A stretch of DNA of 64,000 nt from Candidatus Poseidoniaceae archaeon (lineage in GTDB: Archaea > Thermoplasmatota > Poseidoniia > Poseidoniales > Poseidoniaceae): the NCBI GenBank assembly GCA_964228815.1, contig CAXRAL010000008.1:3132-67131 (forward strand). Direction: 5' to 3'. The translations under genes were made by a program, and so were the position numbers. Below, one piece after another: positions 37,394 to 45,647 of the stretch. The notes beneath the pieces are model-generated. The model saw nothing but the letters and a program-made list of their open reading frames with translations, had not been told where the DNA came from and did no database searches. Position 1 is the first letter of the stretch, and the number at the start of each line of letters is the position of its first letter.

Positions 37394-38560
37394 ATGGCCA
37401 GCCCCAATCCGTTGCCGTTGCTTGGAAGCGGGCAGAAAGGGCTTCGCATCCACGACTTGGTCAAAGCGCCTGCGAACACGCCTTGGGCCAAAGCCAAGCA
37501 GCAATCCTGGGATGCAAGTGAACCCGCTACGGTCTACACCACCCCCGAGGTGTTGGCCGACGGAACCCCGTGCAGCGCCGTCACCGTCATTCTGCGGACC
37601 AAGGGTTGCCACTGGTGGTGGTCGTCCGGTTGCACCTTCTGCGGCTACTTCAATGACACACGGGACGACGTGACCAACGAGGACCTTCATGCGCAATGGG
37701 CAGCAGCCAAGGCCAAGTTTGACGATTTCAAAGACCAAGCGATGGTTAAGGTCTACACCTCCGGTAGCCTCTTGGAAGACAGGGAAATTCCTGTCGAATT
37801 CCAAGAAACCGTGCTTCGGGACTGCGCCGAGATGAACAAGGAGCTCATCGTAGAGAGCCGTTGTGAACAACTCACCGAGGAGAAGCTCGCATGGGCAACG
37901 GCCATCAACCCGGATTTCACCGTAGCGATTGGACTGGAGGCCTACGACGACGAAGTCTTGCGGTTCCATGTCAACAAAGGGTTCACCACCAAATCGTGGG
38001 ATCGGGCCGTTGAAAACTTGCAAAAATTCGACCTTCGCATCAAGACCTACTTGATGTTCAAGCCTCCGTTCATGAGCGAAGCCGATGCGCTTGACCATTG
38101 CGTTGCATGGATTGGAGCGGTGGCCGAACAATCCGATGAAATCTCGGTCAACCCGATGAACATCCAGCGCGGGACGGTCATCGACCGACTTCATCGACAC
38201 AACGAGTACCGCCCACCGTGGTTGTGGTCGTTGGTCGACATGATACGGCGAGCCCACCCGCTCATCCATCCGGAAGGCGGCATCAACGGCGATGCAGACC
38301 AAGTTGCCCGCCTCATCGTTCATCCAACGGCTGGAGGAAAAATCCGCGGCTCTCACAACTGCGGCCAGTGTGACGCCGAGGTCGTTGCAGCGATTGAGCG
38401 CTACGCGGTTTCAGGGAGTCTGTTGGAATTTGAAGGCCTCTCATGCGGCTGTGAAGCGGTTTGGCAGGCTGAGGTGCAGCTGGAGCGCCAACTTCCCGTT
38501 CCCCTCGGGTTGTCAAAGCCTCGCCGTGGTTCGCCCATCCATCGTCTGCGCTCCCCCTAA
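37394..38560 (+). CDS. Radical SAM protein, archaeal TIGR01210 family (RaSEA-like, archaeosine pathway)
   Basis: Cluster motif LRTKGCHWWWSSGCTFCGY, plus VKVYTSGSLLEDRE, IGLEAYDDEVLRFHVNKGFT and EYRPPWLWS, remembered as family hallmarks. GAGGTG lies 6 nt before ATG 37394, and GTG 37385 is also open. Confidence 0.65.
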   Translation: MASPNPLPLLGSGQKGLRIHDLVKAPANTPWAKAKQQSWDASEPATVYTTPEVLADGTPCSAVTVILRTKGCHWWWSSGCTFCGYFNDTRDDVTNEDLHAQWAAAKAKFDDFKDQAMVKVYTSGSLLEDREIPVEFQETVLRDCAEMNKELIVESRCEQLTEEKLAWATAINPDFTVAIGLEAYDDEVLRFHVNKGFTTKSWDRAVENLQKFDLRIKTYLMFKPPFMSEADALDHCVAWIGAVAEQSDEISVNPMNIQRGTVIDRLHRHNEYRPPWLWSLVDMIRRAHPLIHPEGGINGDADQVARLIVHPTAGGKIRGSHNCGQCDAEVVAAIERYAVSGSLLEFEGLSCGCEAVWQAEVQLERQLPVPLGLSKPRRGSPIHRLRSP

Positions 38561-38631
38561 GCGAGGGCCTGCACGGCAAAATTCCGTAATTAAAGTGGTC
38601 AATGTTTATCACCGGATGTTTCGTCGCAGGA

Positions 38632-38650
38632 TTGACCCCTATGGGGTCAA
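38632..38650 (+). promoter_or_regulatory. Perfect 8-bp hairpin TTGACCCC-TAT-GGGGTCAA just upstream of the RBS of the 38666 gene
   Basis: Read directly. GAGGT at 38654-38658 and ATG at 38666 follow. TTTATC at 38605-38610 is a possible TATA box. Confidence 0.3.
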
Positions 38651-38665
38651 CTTGAGGTAATCCGT

Positions 38666-38938
38666 ATGACGAACTCCAGAGCCCTCCCCGACACGACCGT
38701 CGGAACGGGAGAACCCGCAGCCAGTCGCATCGTCCTGACCCTGTTCTTTGTTGGGATTCTTGGCCTCTATTCCTTGTTTTCAAACGTCTTCGGTTGGGAC
38801 AACCTTCCGCTGCTTGGCGAACTCGTGCCCTTGGTTCAAAACCTGGGCGGCAGCGGCATCTGGTACTACCTCATCGGCTTCTTGATTGGCATCGGTGCCA
38901 TTGTGGCGACCTTGGTGGGTGAGGTCCTCGCCGAGTGA
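38666..38938 (+). CDS. Small 2-TM membrane protein
   Basis: 90 aa with two hydrophobic helices (IVLTLFFVGILGLYSLF and WYYLIGFLIGIGAIVATLVG), preceded by an SD-like GAGGT. It sits immediately upstream of the large membrane protein. Confidence 0.5.
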   Translation: MTNSRALPDTTVGTGEPAASRIVLTLFFVGILGLYSLFSNVFGWDNLPLLGELVPLVQNLGGSGIWYYLIGFLIGIGAIVATLVGEVLAE

Positions 38939-38952
38939 AGGAGGTGTGATGC

Positions 38953-40938
38953 ATGGAACTCATTTTCATCGCTGGTGGCGTCCTTCTTACGCTTCTCTTC
39001 CTTCTTGCCCAATCCCTCTCCAAAGGCGTCGGAACCGTGGGCGGGGCCCTCAAGCAAGTCGGCTTGTTCGTTCTCCAGAAGAACCCACCCGGTCTCGTCG
39101 ACATCTTTGACGACAAGGACGGCAGTGGTTCCCGAACATGGATGAACTTCGGCATGCTCTGGCTGGTGTTCGCCACGCTCCTTGGTTTCCTCATGGGTTG
39201 GCACACCTACGATCCAACGGCGCTCGATTCGTTGGCCAGCGTGGGTTGGTCGTACGACGACGGCTCTTCGCTCAAGGATGCAACGCTCAACTTCCTCTCC
39301 ATCGCCCTGCTGTACGGGTTGGTGGGCAGCGGCATGGTCGCTGCTGCACGAAACGGCAACGGTCGCTTGGCCAGTGAAGCCAACGCTTCCATGGTCGCCC
39401 TGCTTTTGTCGGTCGTGCTCCTTGCCACCTACATCTTGCCGTTCATCTTCGGCTTCCTCGACATCGACACCTCGGAAAACCCAATTCGAACCGTGCTCTA
39501 CAGCTTAGAGACGCTCGCCGTTGGCTTGTTGCTGGTTCCGGTGTTCATCAACATCCTCATCACCGCTTCGAACCGAGGTGAGCAGGAACTCCAAACGAGC
39601 GTATGGTTCCTCATCATGGGCATCGCCGCCTACATCCTGTCCATGCTCTACATGTTCTTCGGCGAACTGGCAGATGCGACTCAAATGGTGTGGCTGGCCG
39701 AGCGTGTGGCTTACGGCTGGGTCCCGTTGGCGCTCATGTTCTCGGTGGGCTACCACGTGATTCCCATGACGGCCAAGCAACCGATTTGGTCCGGCTCCCT
39801 TCGCGGGGCCAGCATGCTTCTGTTGTTCATCACCATCCCACCGTTCTTCATGACCGATGCATCGGCCAGCAACTTCGTCACCAACCTCGGTGCCATTCTC
39901 TTGACGCTGGGCGTCTTGCCCATCTTTGCCGCCTCGATCAACCTGCTGATGACCGCCAGTTCCGGTCTCAGTGCCGTGGTCAAGCAACCGGGTGCCATCG
40001 CTGCCAGCATGGCGTTCATCGCCCTTCCCTTCTTTGCCATCGGTGGCTACTTCACCGCCATGGACACGTTCGTTGGTACGGGTGAACTTGGCACCATGGG
40101 CGACATCGTCAACATGAGCATGCTGTTCACCGTGGGTGGTCTTCTGGTTCTCGCCGGTGCCTTCACGAACTACCCGAACGCCATTGGCAAGTCCCTCGCT
40201 ACGCCGTCCACGGCCACCTTGGCCACCTGGTTGGTCTTCGTCGGTGGCGTGGCATCAACCCTCACCTACCTCACGGGTGAATTCACCTCCAACGCCGTCG
40301 CTGCTTCTGAGATTGAAGACGTCGTTGCCAACAACGGTGGCTTCTACCTGACCGGTGCAGCCTTGTTCTACTTGGCCGCCATCGGTGCCATCTTGTCCAC
40401 CATGGTCGTCATTCGAACGGGCATTGCTTCCACGGGACGCTCCATTGAAGTGAACGATGTTTCTGACGTGGCCACTTACACGCTGACGTCCGGCTCCTCC
40501 ACCACCATTCGGGACCTCATCGGCCGAGGCGTGGGCGTTGACACGACCCTTGTGGTCAGTGAGACCGAAGCCAACGAAGGAGGTTCCACCGTCATCGCCG
40601 TGGATTCAGCGCTTCACAACGACGAGGTCAAGGAATTCCCCACCACCGCTTCTACTGTGATGGTCGAATTTGTTCAGTACCTCACCAACACCAACCAGTC
40701 GGTGTTTGAGTTGTTCCGAAGCATGGACCTGGACGACTCCGGTAAAATCGACAGCCAAGAATTCCTGGCTGCCCTCGAAGCCTCAGACGTTGAAGCACTG
40801 TCTTCATTGGAAGCCGCCGAACTGGTTGAGAGCATGGATTTGGACGGCGACGGTGAACTCAACCTCCCCGAGCTTGACATCGCCATCGCTCAGATCAAGC
40901 GAGACCACGACATCGTGGCGGCTCAAGAAGAGGAGTGA
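38953..40938 (+). CDS. Polytopic membrane protein (about 13 TM) with a C-terminal EF-hand pair
   Basis: GGAGGTG lies 6 nt upstream. About 13 hydrophobic segments by eye. The C-terminal soluble domain has two canonical 12-residue EF loops: DLDDSGKIDSQE and DLDGDGELNLPE. Confidence 0.75.
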   Translation: MELIFIAGGVLLTLLFLLAQSLSKGVGTVGGALKQVGLFVLQKNPPGLVDIFDDKDGSGSRTWMNFGMLWLVFATLLGFLMGWHTYDPTALDSLASVGWSYDDGSSLKDATLNFLSIALLYGLVGSGMVAAARNGNGRLASEANASMVALLLSVVLLATYILPFIFGFLDIDTSENPIRTVLYSLETLAVGLLLVPVFINILITASNRGEQELQTSVWFLIMGIAAYILSMLYMFFGELADATQMVWLAERVAYGWVPLALMFSVGYHVIPMTAKQPIWSGSLRGASMLLLFITIPPFFMTDASASNFVTNLGAILLTLGVLPIFAASINLLMTASSGLSAVVKQPGAIAASMAFIALPFFAIGGYFTAMDTFVGTGELGTMGDIVNMSMLFTVGGLLVLAGAFTNYPNAIGKSLATPSTATLATWLVFVGGVASTLTYLTGEFTSNAVAASEIEDVVANNGGFYLTGAALFYLAAIGAILSTMVVIRTGIASTGRSIEVNDVSDVATYTLTSGSSTTIRDLIGRGVGVDTTLVVSETEANEGGSTVIAVDSALHNDEVKEFPTTASTVMVEFVQYLTNTNQSVFELFRSMDLDDSGKIDSQEFLAALEASDVEALSSLEAAELVESMDLDGDGELNLPELDIAIAQIKRDHDIVAAQEEE

Positions 40939-42239
40939 ACCCGCAGGGCGTGCTCAGGGTGCGCATTGGCCTCGTTGGGAAACCGAACGTCGGAAAGTCG
41001 ACCTTCTTCAGTGCCGCTACCCTGGCTCAGGTTGACATTGCCAACTACCCCTTCTGTACCATTGACCCCAACGTCGGGGTGGCGTTTGTTGAGGCCCGTT
41101 TGGCGTGCCCGTGCAAGGACCTTCGAGAGAAGCTGGAAGGCGAAGGGCGACTCGAGCCTGCCGCTGAGGACGACCCGCGCCAAGGCAGCCTCTGCGAGCC
41201 GAGGACTGGTTCCTGCGTCGGCCACCGCCGAAGCGTACCCGTGGCACTGGTGGACGTGGCGGGGCTTGTGCCGGGCGCAAGCGAAGGTCGCGGTCGTGGA
41301 AACGCCTTCTTGGCGGATTTGGCCAATTGTGACGTGCTCATCCAGGTCGTCGATGCCGCCGGCTCCACGGACATCGAGGGCCAGTTCAACGGTGCTTCAA
41401 ACGATACCAACGTGGCGGTTGAAGCCGTTCGTGCAGAAATTGAGTTCCTTGAACACGAATTGGATGCGTGGATCGGTGGCTTGCTGGAAGACGGTTGGAA
41501 CCGAGGTGTGCGTCGGGTTCAGGCCGAAGGCGAGAAGGGCTTGACGTCCTTCGTTCATGAACGCCTCAGCGGTCTCGGCGCCACGCCCGTCAAGGTGGCA
41601 CAAGCAATGTTTGAATTCAACCAGCGCCACACCTCCGAGGCTCAACCCTGGGATTGGGGTGCGGCCTCGCTCCATCTCTTGGGCGAGTGCATGCGCAAGC
41701 AGTTGTTTCCCATCGTCTACGCCGCCAACAAGATGGACATTGCACCACCTGACGTGCTCAAGGCCTTCTCCGACCGAACGATGGTGGCCTGCATGGCCGA
41801 CATGGAATTGGCGCTTCGAAGGGCTGCTTCTTCGGGTCTCATCGACTACCAAAGCGGGCAATCCTCCTTCACGGTTCATCCTGGCGCTTCCCTGAACGAG
41901 GCGCAGCAAAAGGCGCTATCACACATGAACCAGCGGCTCGAACAGGCCGGTGGCACGGGACTCGCCCGTCTTATGGATGAGGTCCTCTTCGACCAACTCG
42001 ACCACATCGTGGTCTATCCTGTGCAAGACGAATCGCACTGGGTCGACGGCGATGGACGGGTGCTTCCTGATGCGTTCGTGGTCCCGTCCGGGCTTCATGC
42101 GAAAGCACTGGCTGGACGCGTTCACACCGATTTGGAAGCAGGGTTCATCCGCGGCGTTGACGGACGCACACGTCGCGTGGTTGGCGCCGACCATGAATTG
42201 GGCGATGGCGACGTGCTGAAGATTCACGCCAAGTCGTGA
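40935..42239 (+). CDS. OBG-family P-loop NTPase, YchF/Ygr210-like, with a C-terminal TGS domain
   Basis: G1 motif IGLVGKPNVGKSTFF, then ANYPFCTIDPNVG, G3 DVAGLV, G4 ANKMD, and a TGS-like end (GDGDVLKIHAKS). The GTG start overlaps the upstream stop, and later GTG starts (40950, 40959) are possible. Confidence 0.85.
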   Translation: MNPQGVLRVRIGLVGKPNVGKSTFFSAATLAQVDIANYPFCTIDPNVGVAFVEARLACPCKDLREKLEGEGRLEPAAEDDPRQGSLCEPRTGSCVGHRRSVPVALVDVAGLVPGASEGRGRGNAFLADLANCDVLIQVVDAAGSTDIEGQFNGASNDTNVAVEAVRAEIEFLEHELDAWIGGLLEDGWNRGVRRVQAEGEKGLTSFVHERLSGLGATPVKVAQAMFEFNQRHTSEAQPWDWGAASLHLLGECMRKQLFPIVYAANKMDIAPPDVLKAFSDRTMVACMADMELALRRAASSGLIDYQSGQSSFTVHPGASLNEAQQKALSHMNQRLEQAGGTGLARLMDEVLFDQLDHIVVYPVQDESHWVDGDGRVLPDAFVVPSGLHAKALAGRVHTDLEAGFIRGVDGRTRRVVGADHELGDGDVLKIHAKS

Positions 42240-42241
42240 GT

Positions 42242-42628
42242 TCAGTGGCCCTTGGGGCGGTCGTAGGCCGGCGTTAAGCGAGCCATATCACCCGAATATT
42301 GGCCGCCTCGATAGATGAAGAGGACCGGTGCAGCGAGGGTCAGCAAGATCAGCAAAATGAGGAAAAACAAGCCCCACGGTTTAACGTCGGACAGGGTGGC
42401 TCCCCACAACACCCAGAGGAAGGGGAGGTAAAGGAAGATGCTGTAACGTCGAGCAACGGCAGAGAACCGCGCACTTGAGGTGTTCTTCTCAAAGAGAACG
42501 GGAACTTCGTCCTTCGAGACGAGTCCGTGGTCAACGCCGCAGCGTACGCAGACTTGCGTATTTGGTCCATTGCCGTGAATAAAGAACTCACGAGGATAGG
42601 TGCTACCGCAGTGGCGACAGGTTGGCAT
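42242..42628 (-). CDS. Zinc-ribbon membrane protein
   Basis: N-terminal CRHC...CVRC ribbon followed by two TM helices; 128 aa. Confidence 0.55.
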   Translation of the reverse strand: MPTCRHCGSTYPREFFIHGNGPNTQVCVRCGVDHGLVSKDEVPVLFEKNTSSARFSAVARRYSIFLYLPFLWVLWGATLSDVKPWGLFFLILLILLTLAAPVLFIYRGGQYSGDMARLTPAYDRPKGH

Positions 42629-42664
42629 GGTGGTCCCCAGTTTGACCCAACGGCACGGGATTCT

Positions 42665-44905
42665 TCAACCATCCGCTTGACTGGAAAGAAATTGGTGGAT
42701 GAGATGTTGACCGTCGCGAGAACCAATGGATTCGGGATGGAACTGCACGCCGTGAACGGGGAGTGTCGGATGACGGAGCCCCATGATGAGGCCCGAGGTG
42801 CTTTCGGTGGCGTTGACCAGCAAGGTATGTTCACCGTTTTCCACGGCGACCAATGAATTGTAGCGGGTTAATTTCAGCGAACCGGGCTGGTGTGGAAAGA
42901 CCCCCGAACCATCGTGTTCGATGTCCACGGGTACGCCGTGAACCGGACCGAACGGCGAGGGGTTGACCTGCCGCCCATCGGCCAGGGCCAACGCTTGATG
43001 GCCCAAACATACGCCAAGCACCGGCATCGACAACTGTCCCGCGAGGGCGTGGTGAGCCAGCGCCATCGTCAAGGCCGCATCATCGGGGCGACCGGGACCA
43101 GGACCGAGGATGAGGTGGCTCGGCTCCAAGCGGTCGAGCAAATCGTGCAGTGCGACAGGGTCCAACCAACGTTCGTTCTGCGGCGCTCGCCCCTTCAAGA
43201 CGACAACGTCTCGGCCGGCTTGGGCCACAGCGTCAGCGATGTTGAGGGAGAACGAATCGAGGTTATCAACGAACAGGACAGCGCCGGTTGGCGTTTCATC
43301 CCCCTGTTGTTCCAACTCCAAAATTCGGCCGCAGGCAGCACCACCTGGTGGTTGACCTGGGGGTTGAAGTGGATGAATTCCGAGGGTTCCGTTTGGCAAT
43401 GCCGTGTGTTCCCTGCGCATCCAACCCGCTGCAATGCGGAGCGCCGCCCCCTTCCAAGCCGCCTCTTCAACCTCTTTCTTGGCCTCCGAGGCGATGGTGA
43501 TGCCGCCACCGGCACCGACCGTTGCTTGCCACCTGCCGCCCACGAGATGTGCCTCAAGGGTTCGAATGAGGATGTTCCATGCGCTTTGGCCACCATGAAC
43601 ATCAATGTAGCCGATGGACCCGGTCCAGAAGGAACGTGGCCATTGTTCCAGCTCATCGATGACGGCGCAAACCACGGTACGTGGGCATCCGGTGATGGAA
43701 CCACCGGGGAAGACGGCGCCCAGTGCATCAGCCCCTCCAAGGGTTGGTTTCAGGGCGGCTGTGATGTGGCTCACGAGGTGCTGAACGTTGGCGTAGGATT
43801 CGACATCAAATCGCTCCACGTTGATGCTGCCGGGTTCGGCCACCTGTGTGAGGTCGTTGCGCATCAGGTCCACCAACATCCGATGCTCGGCTCGTTCTTT
43901 CTGGTCGCTGATCATGGCTTCTCTGAATTTGGAAGCTTCCTCTCGTGTCCCTCCCTGCGGACAGGTGCCTTTGATCGGGGAGGTCTGCAGGATTCCGTCC
44001 CGTACCACGAGCAAGGATTCTGGAGACGAACTTGCCAGTGCCACGCCGAGGTCCTGAGCATGGACGTAGGCAGAAAACGGGGCAGGGTTGTCCTGCATCA
44101 GGCGTTGAAAAACGGCGTAGGGGTGGTCGATTTCGCCCTGCCAGTGTTTCCCGATGTTGACCTGGTAGACCTGCCCGTCAACAATGCCTTGACGAACGGC
44201 CTCCACGTTATCTGCGTGCGTCTCGTCGGTGTGCGTGACCGCTTCTCGGTGGGGCGTTGGCGCCGGGACATGAACACGGTCGTTCCACTCCAACTCAAGG
44301 TTTGATGCAGCGGCGCACCAGGTGTCATCGTTGCCAAAGACCGTGGTGGCGTCGCTGGCATGGTCCACGACCACGCCGTTCTCCACACACCAGAGAACAG
44401 CGAGGATGGCTCCCTCCTCGGGAGGGTGTTGAAGTCGCAATGGTTGCGTCCACTGAACGAGATCGTAGGCCAACGCTCCCGACCAGAACGGTCGGTGAGG
44501 AAACTGGGCTTCATGGGCTCGTTCAAACGGGTCTTGAGCGGTGGTATCGCCAAGTTTGTTGAACAGGTCGTCCAAGCCGCTGGCCCGCAAGGTCACGCTG
44601 TGGTACCATGAACCGTGCTTCCATTCCTCAACATCAGCCCGAAGCAACGCTCGGTCATCGACCAAGCGAACGTCGCCCTCCAACGGGTGATGGGGTTCAG
44701 CGGCCGGGAGCTCGCAGCGGGCGGGTTGACGCACCACGACTCGCTTCGTTGCGGGCGCAGCGATGAGCGACCATCGAGCAAGATGGGACACGGGGCCACC
44801 GGAAACCAAGAGGACGCGGTCAGGGGCGCCGAAGCGAAACGCTGCATCGCCAAGAAGCCCGTTGACCTTCAAGGATTCAACGATGGCCATCACGCGTTGC
44901 GACAT
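42665..44905 (-). CDS. pabB: Fused aminodeoxychorismate synthase (PabB chorismate-binding domain plus PabA glutamine amidotransferase)
   Basis: PabB hallmark SPIKGT and chorismate-binding core (GSITGCP, SIGYID). C-terminal GATase: FVDNLDSFSLN, GVCLGHQAL, GVQFHPES. ATG 44905 or 44890; the ORF-track start at 45049 would overlap the pabC-like gene heavily. Confidence 0.85.
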   Translation of the reverse strand: MSQRVMAIVESLKVNGLLGDAAFRFGAPDRVLLVSGGPVSHLARWSLIAAPATKRVVVRQPARCELPAAEPHHPLEGDVRLVDDRALLRADVEEWKHGSWYHSVTLRASGLDDLFNKLGDTTAQDPFERAHEAQFPHRPFWSGALAYDLVQWTQPLRLQHPPEEGAILAVLWCVENGVVVDHASDATTVFGNDDTWCAAASNLELEWNDRVHVPAPTPHREAVTHTDETHADNVEAVRQGIVDGQVYQVNIGKHWQGEIDHPYAVFQRLMQDNPAPFSAYVHAQDLGVALASSSPESLLVVRDGILQTSPIKGTCPQGGTREEASKFREAMISDQKERAEHRMLVDLMRNDLTQVAEPGSINVERFDVESYANVQHLVSHITAALKPTLGGADALGAVFPGGSITGCPRTVVCAVIDELEQWPRSFWTGSIGYIDVHGGQSAWNILIRTLEAHLVGGRWQATVGAGGGITIASEAKKEVEEAAWKGAALRIAAGWMRREHTALPNGTLGIHPLQPPGQPPGGAACGRILELEQQGDETPTGAVLFVDNLDSFSLNIADAVAQAGRDVVVLKGRAPQNERWLDPVALHDLLDRLEPSHLILGPGPGRPDDAALTMALAHHALAGQLSMPVLGVCLGHQALALADGRQVNPSPFGPVHGVPVDIEHDGSGVFPHQPGSLKLTRYNSLVAVENGEHTLLVNATESTSGLIMGLRHPTLPVHGVQFHPESIGSRDGQHLIHQFLSSQADG

Positions 44906-45638
44906 GGTGCGGCCCCACGGTGGACCACGTGCCTTCGTCGGTAAAATGTTGGGACAGCAGGGCATGGCACGCCGTTGAGAGGGCCCGGGCGTTACCGAGC
45001 TGGACGCCGTCAAGGCTGCTGACGTGACACACGCCCATGCCCGTGCCAACCAGCACCAATTCAGCGCAACGCGCCACCGTTCGTTCGTTCAAGTTCCCCC
45101 TCACGACTGGGAGCCCAAGATCCGGCAGCCATCGTTCGAGTTGCTTGGCGACCACACCGTCCACACCGCCTGCCTCGTCGGGCGCCATCCATACCGTGCC
45201 GTCTTCATCCAGGACCAACGGCGTGGCCCGATCGCCGTCCACGATGGCGTAGTCGTGAACGAGCAACGCAGCGTCGCAACCGGCGTCTTCCGCGGCCTGT
45301 TTTGCCGACGTGTAGGCCCCCCAGTCCCCGTGCTTTGTCCCGTTGGTTCGGTCGTTCCATCGAGGGGCGGGGAAAGAGATGGCATCGATGTCCTCGTTTC
45401 GCACACCGAGGTGGCGGATGGCAACATGCCAGGCTTCCCCACTGAAACCGATGCGAGCAAGACCCAAGGCTGCGGTTGATGGTGGGTCGATTTCGGGGTC
45501 CTCATCCGGAAGGGTGAGTCGAAGCCGCTGAGCGTGCTTGCTCAGACGTTGACGGTGGGCAGGCCAATCCGCTATCTCACCGTGTTCGTTCACCAGCACC
45601 GTGGTAAACACCTCGGAGCGGGGACCGGTTGACGCCAT
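44877..45638 (-). CDS. pabC: Class IV aminotransferase-fold protein, aminodeoxychorismate lyase-like
   Basis: TKHGDWG (catalytic Lys region), DAALLVHDYAIVDGDRATPLVL and the ELVLVGTGMGVCHVSSLDG pattern. It sits directly upstream of pabB/A. Confidence 0.65.
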   Translation of the reverse strand: MASTGPRSEVFTTVLVNEHGEIADWPAHRQRLSKHAQRLRLTLPDEDPEIDPPSTAALGLARIGFSGEAWHVAIRHLGVRNEDIDAISFPAPRWNDRTNGTKHGDWGAYTSAKQAAEDAGCDAALLVHDYAIVDGDRATPLVLDEDGTVWMAPDEAGGVDGVVAKQLERWLPDLGLPVVRGNLNERTVARCAELVLVGTGMGVCHVSSLDGVQLGNARALSTACHALLSQHFTDEGTWSTVGPHHVATRDGHR

Positions 45639-45647
45639 GGCAAGGCC

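Noticed and set aside
36575-38356. 593-aa minus-strand ORF
   Set aside because: It is antisense to two + strand genes with clear family signatures (alpha/beta hydrolase and radical SAM). It has no motif of its own.
38953-40440. Resemblance of the 13-TM domain to heme-copper oxidase/NorB subunit I (GYHVIPM...PIWSG...FITIPPFF spacing)
   Set aside because: The canonical His ligands for the hemes and CuB (helices II, VI, VII and X) are not present, and the similarity is only a vague pattern. It is not claimed.
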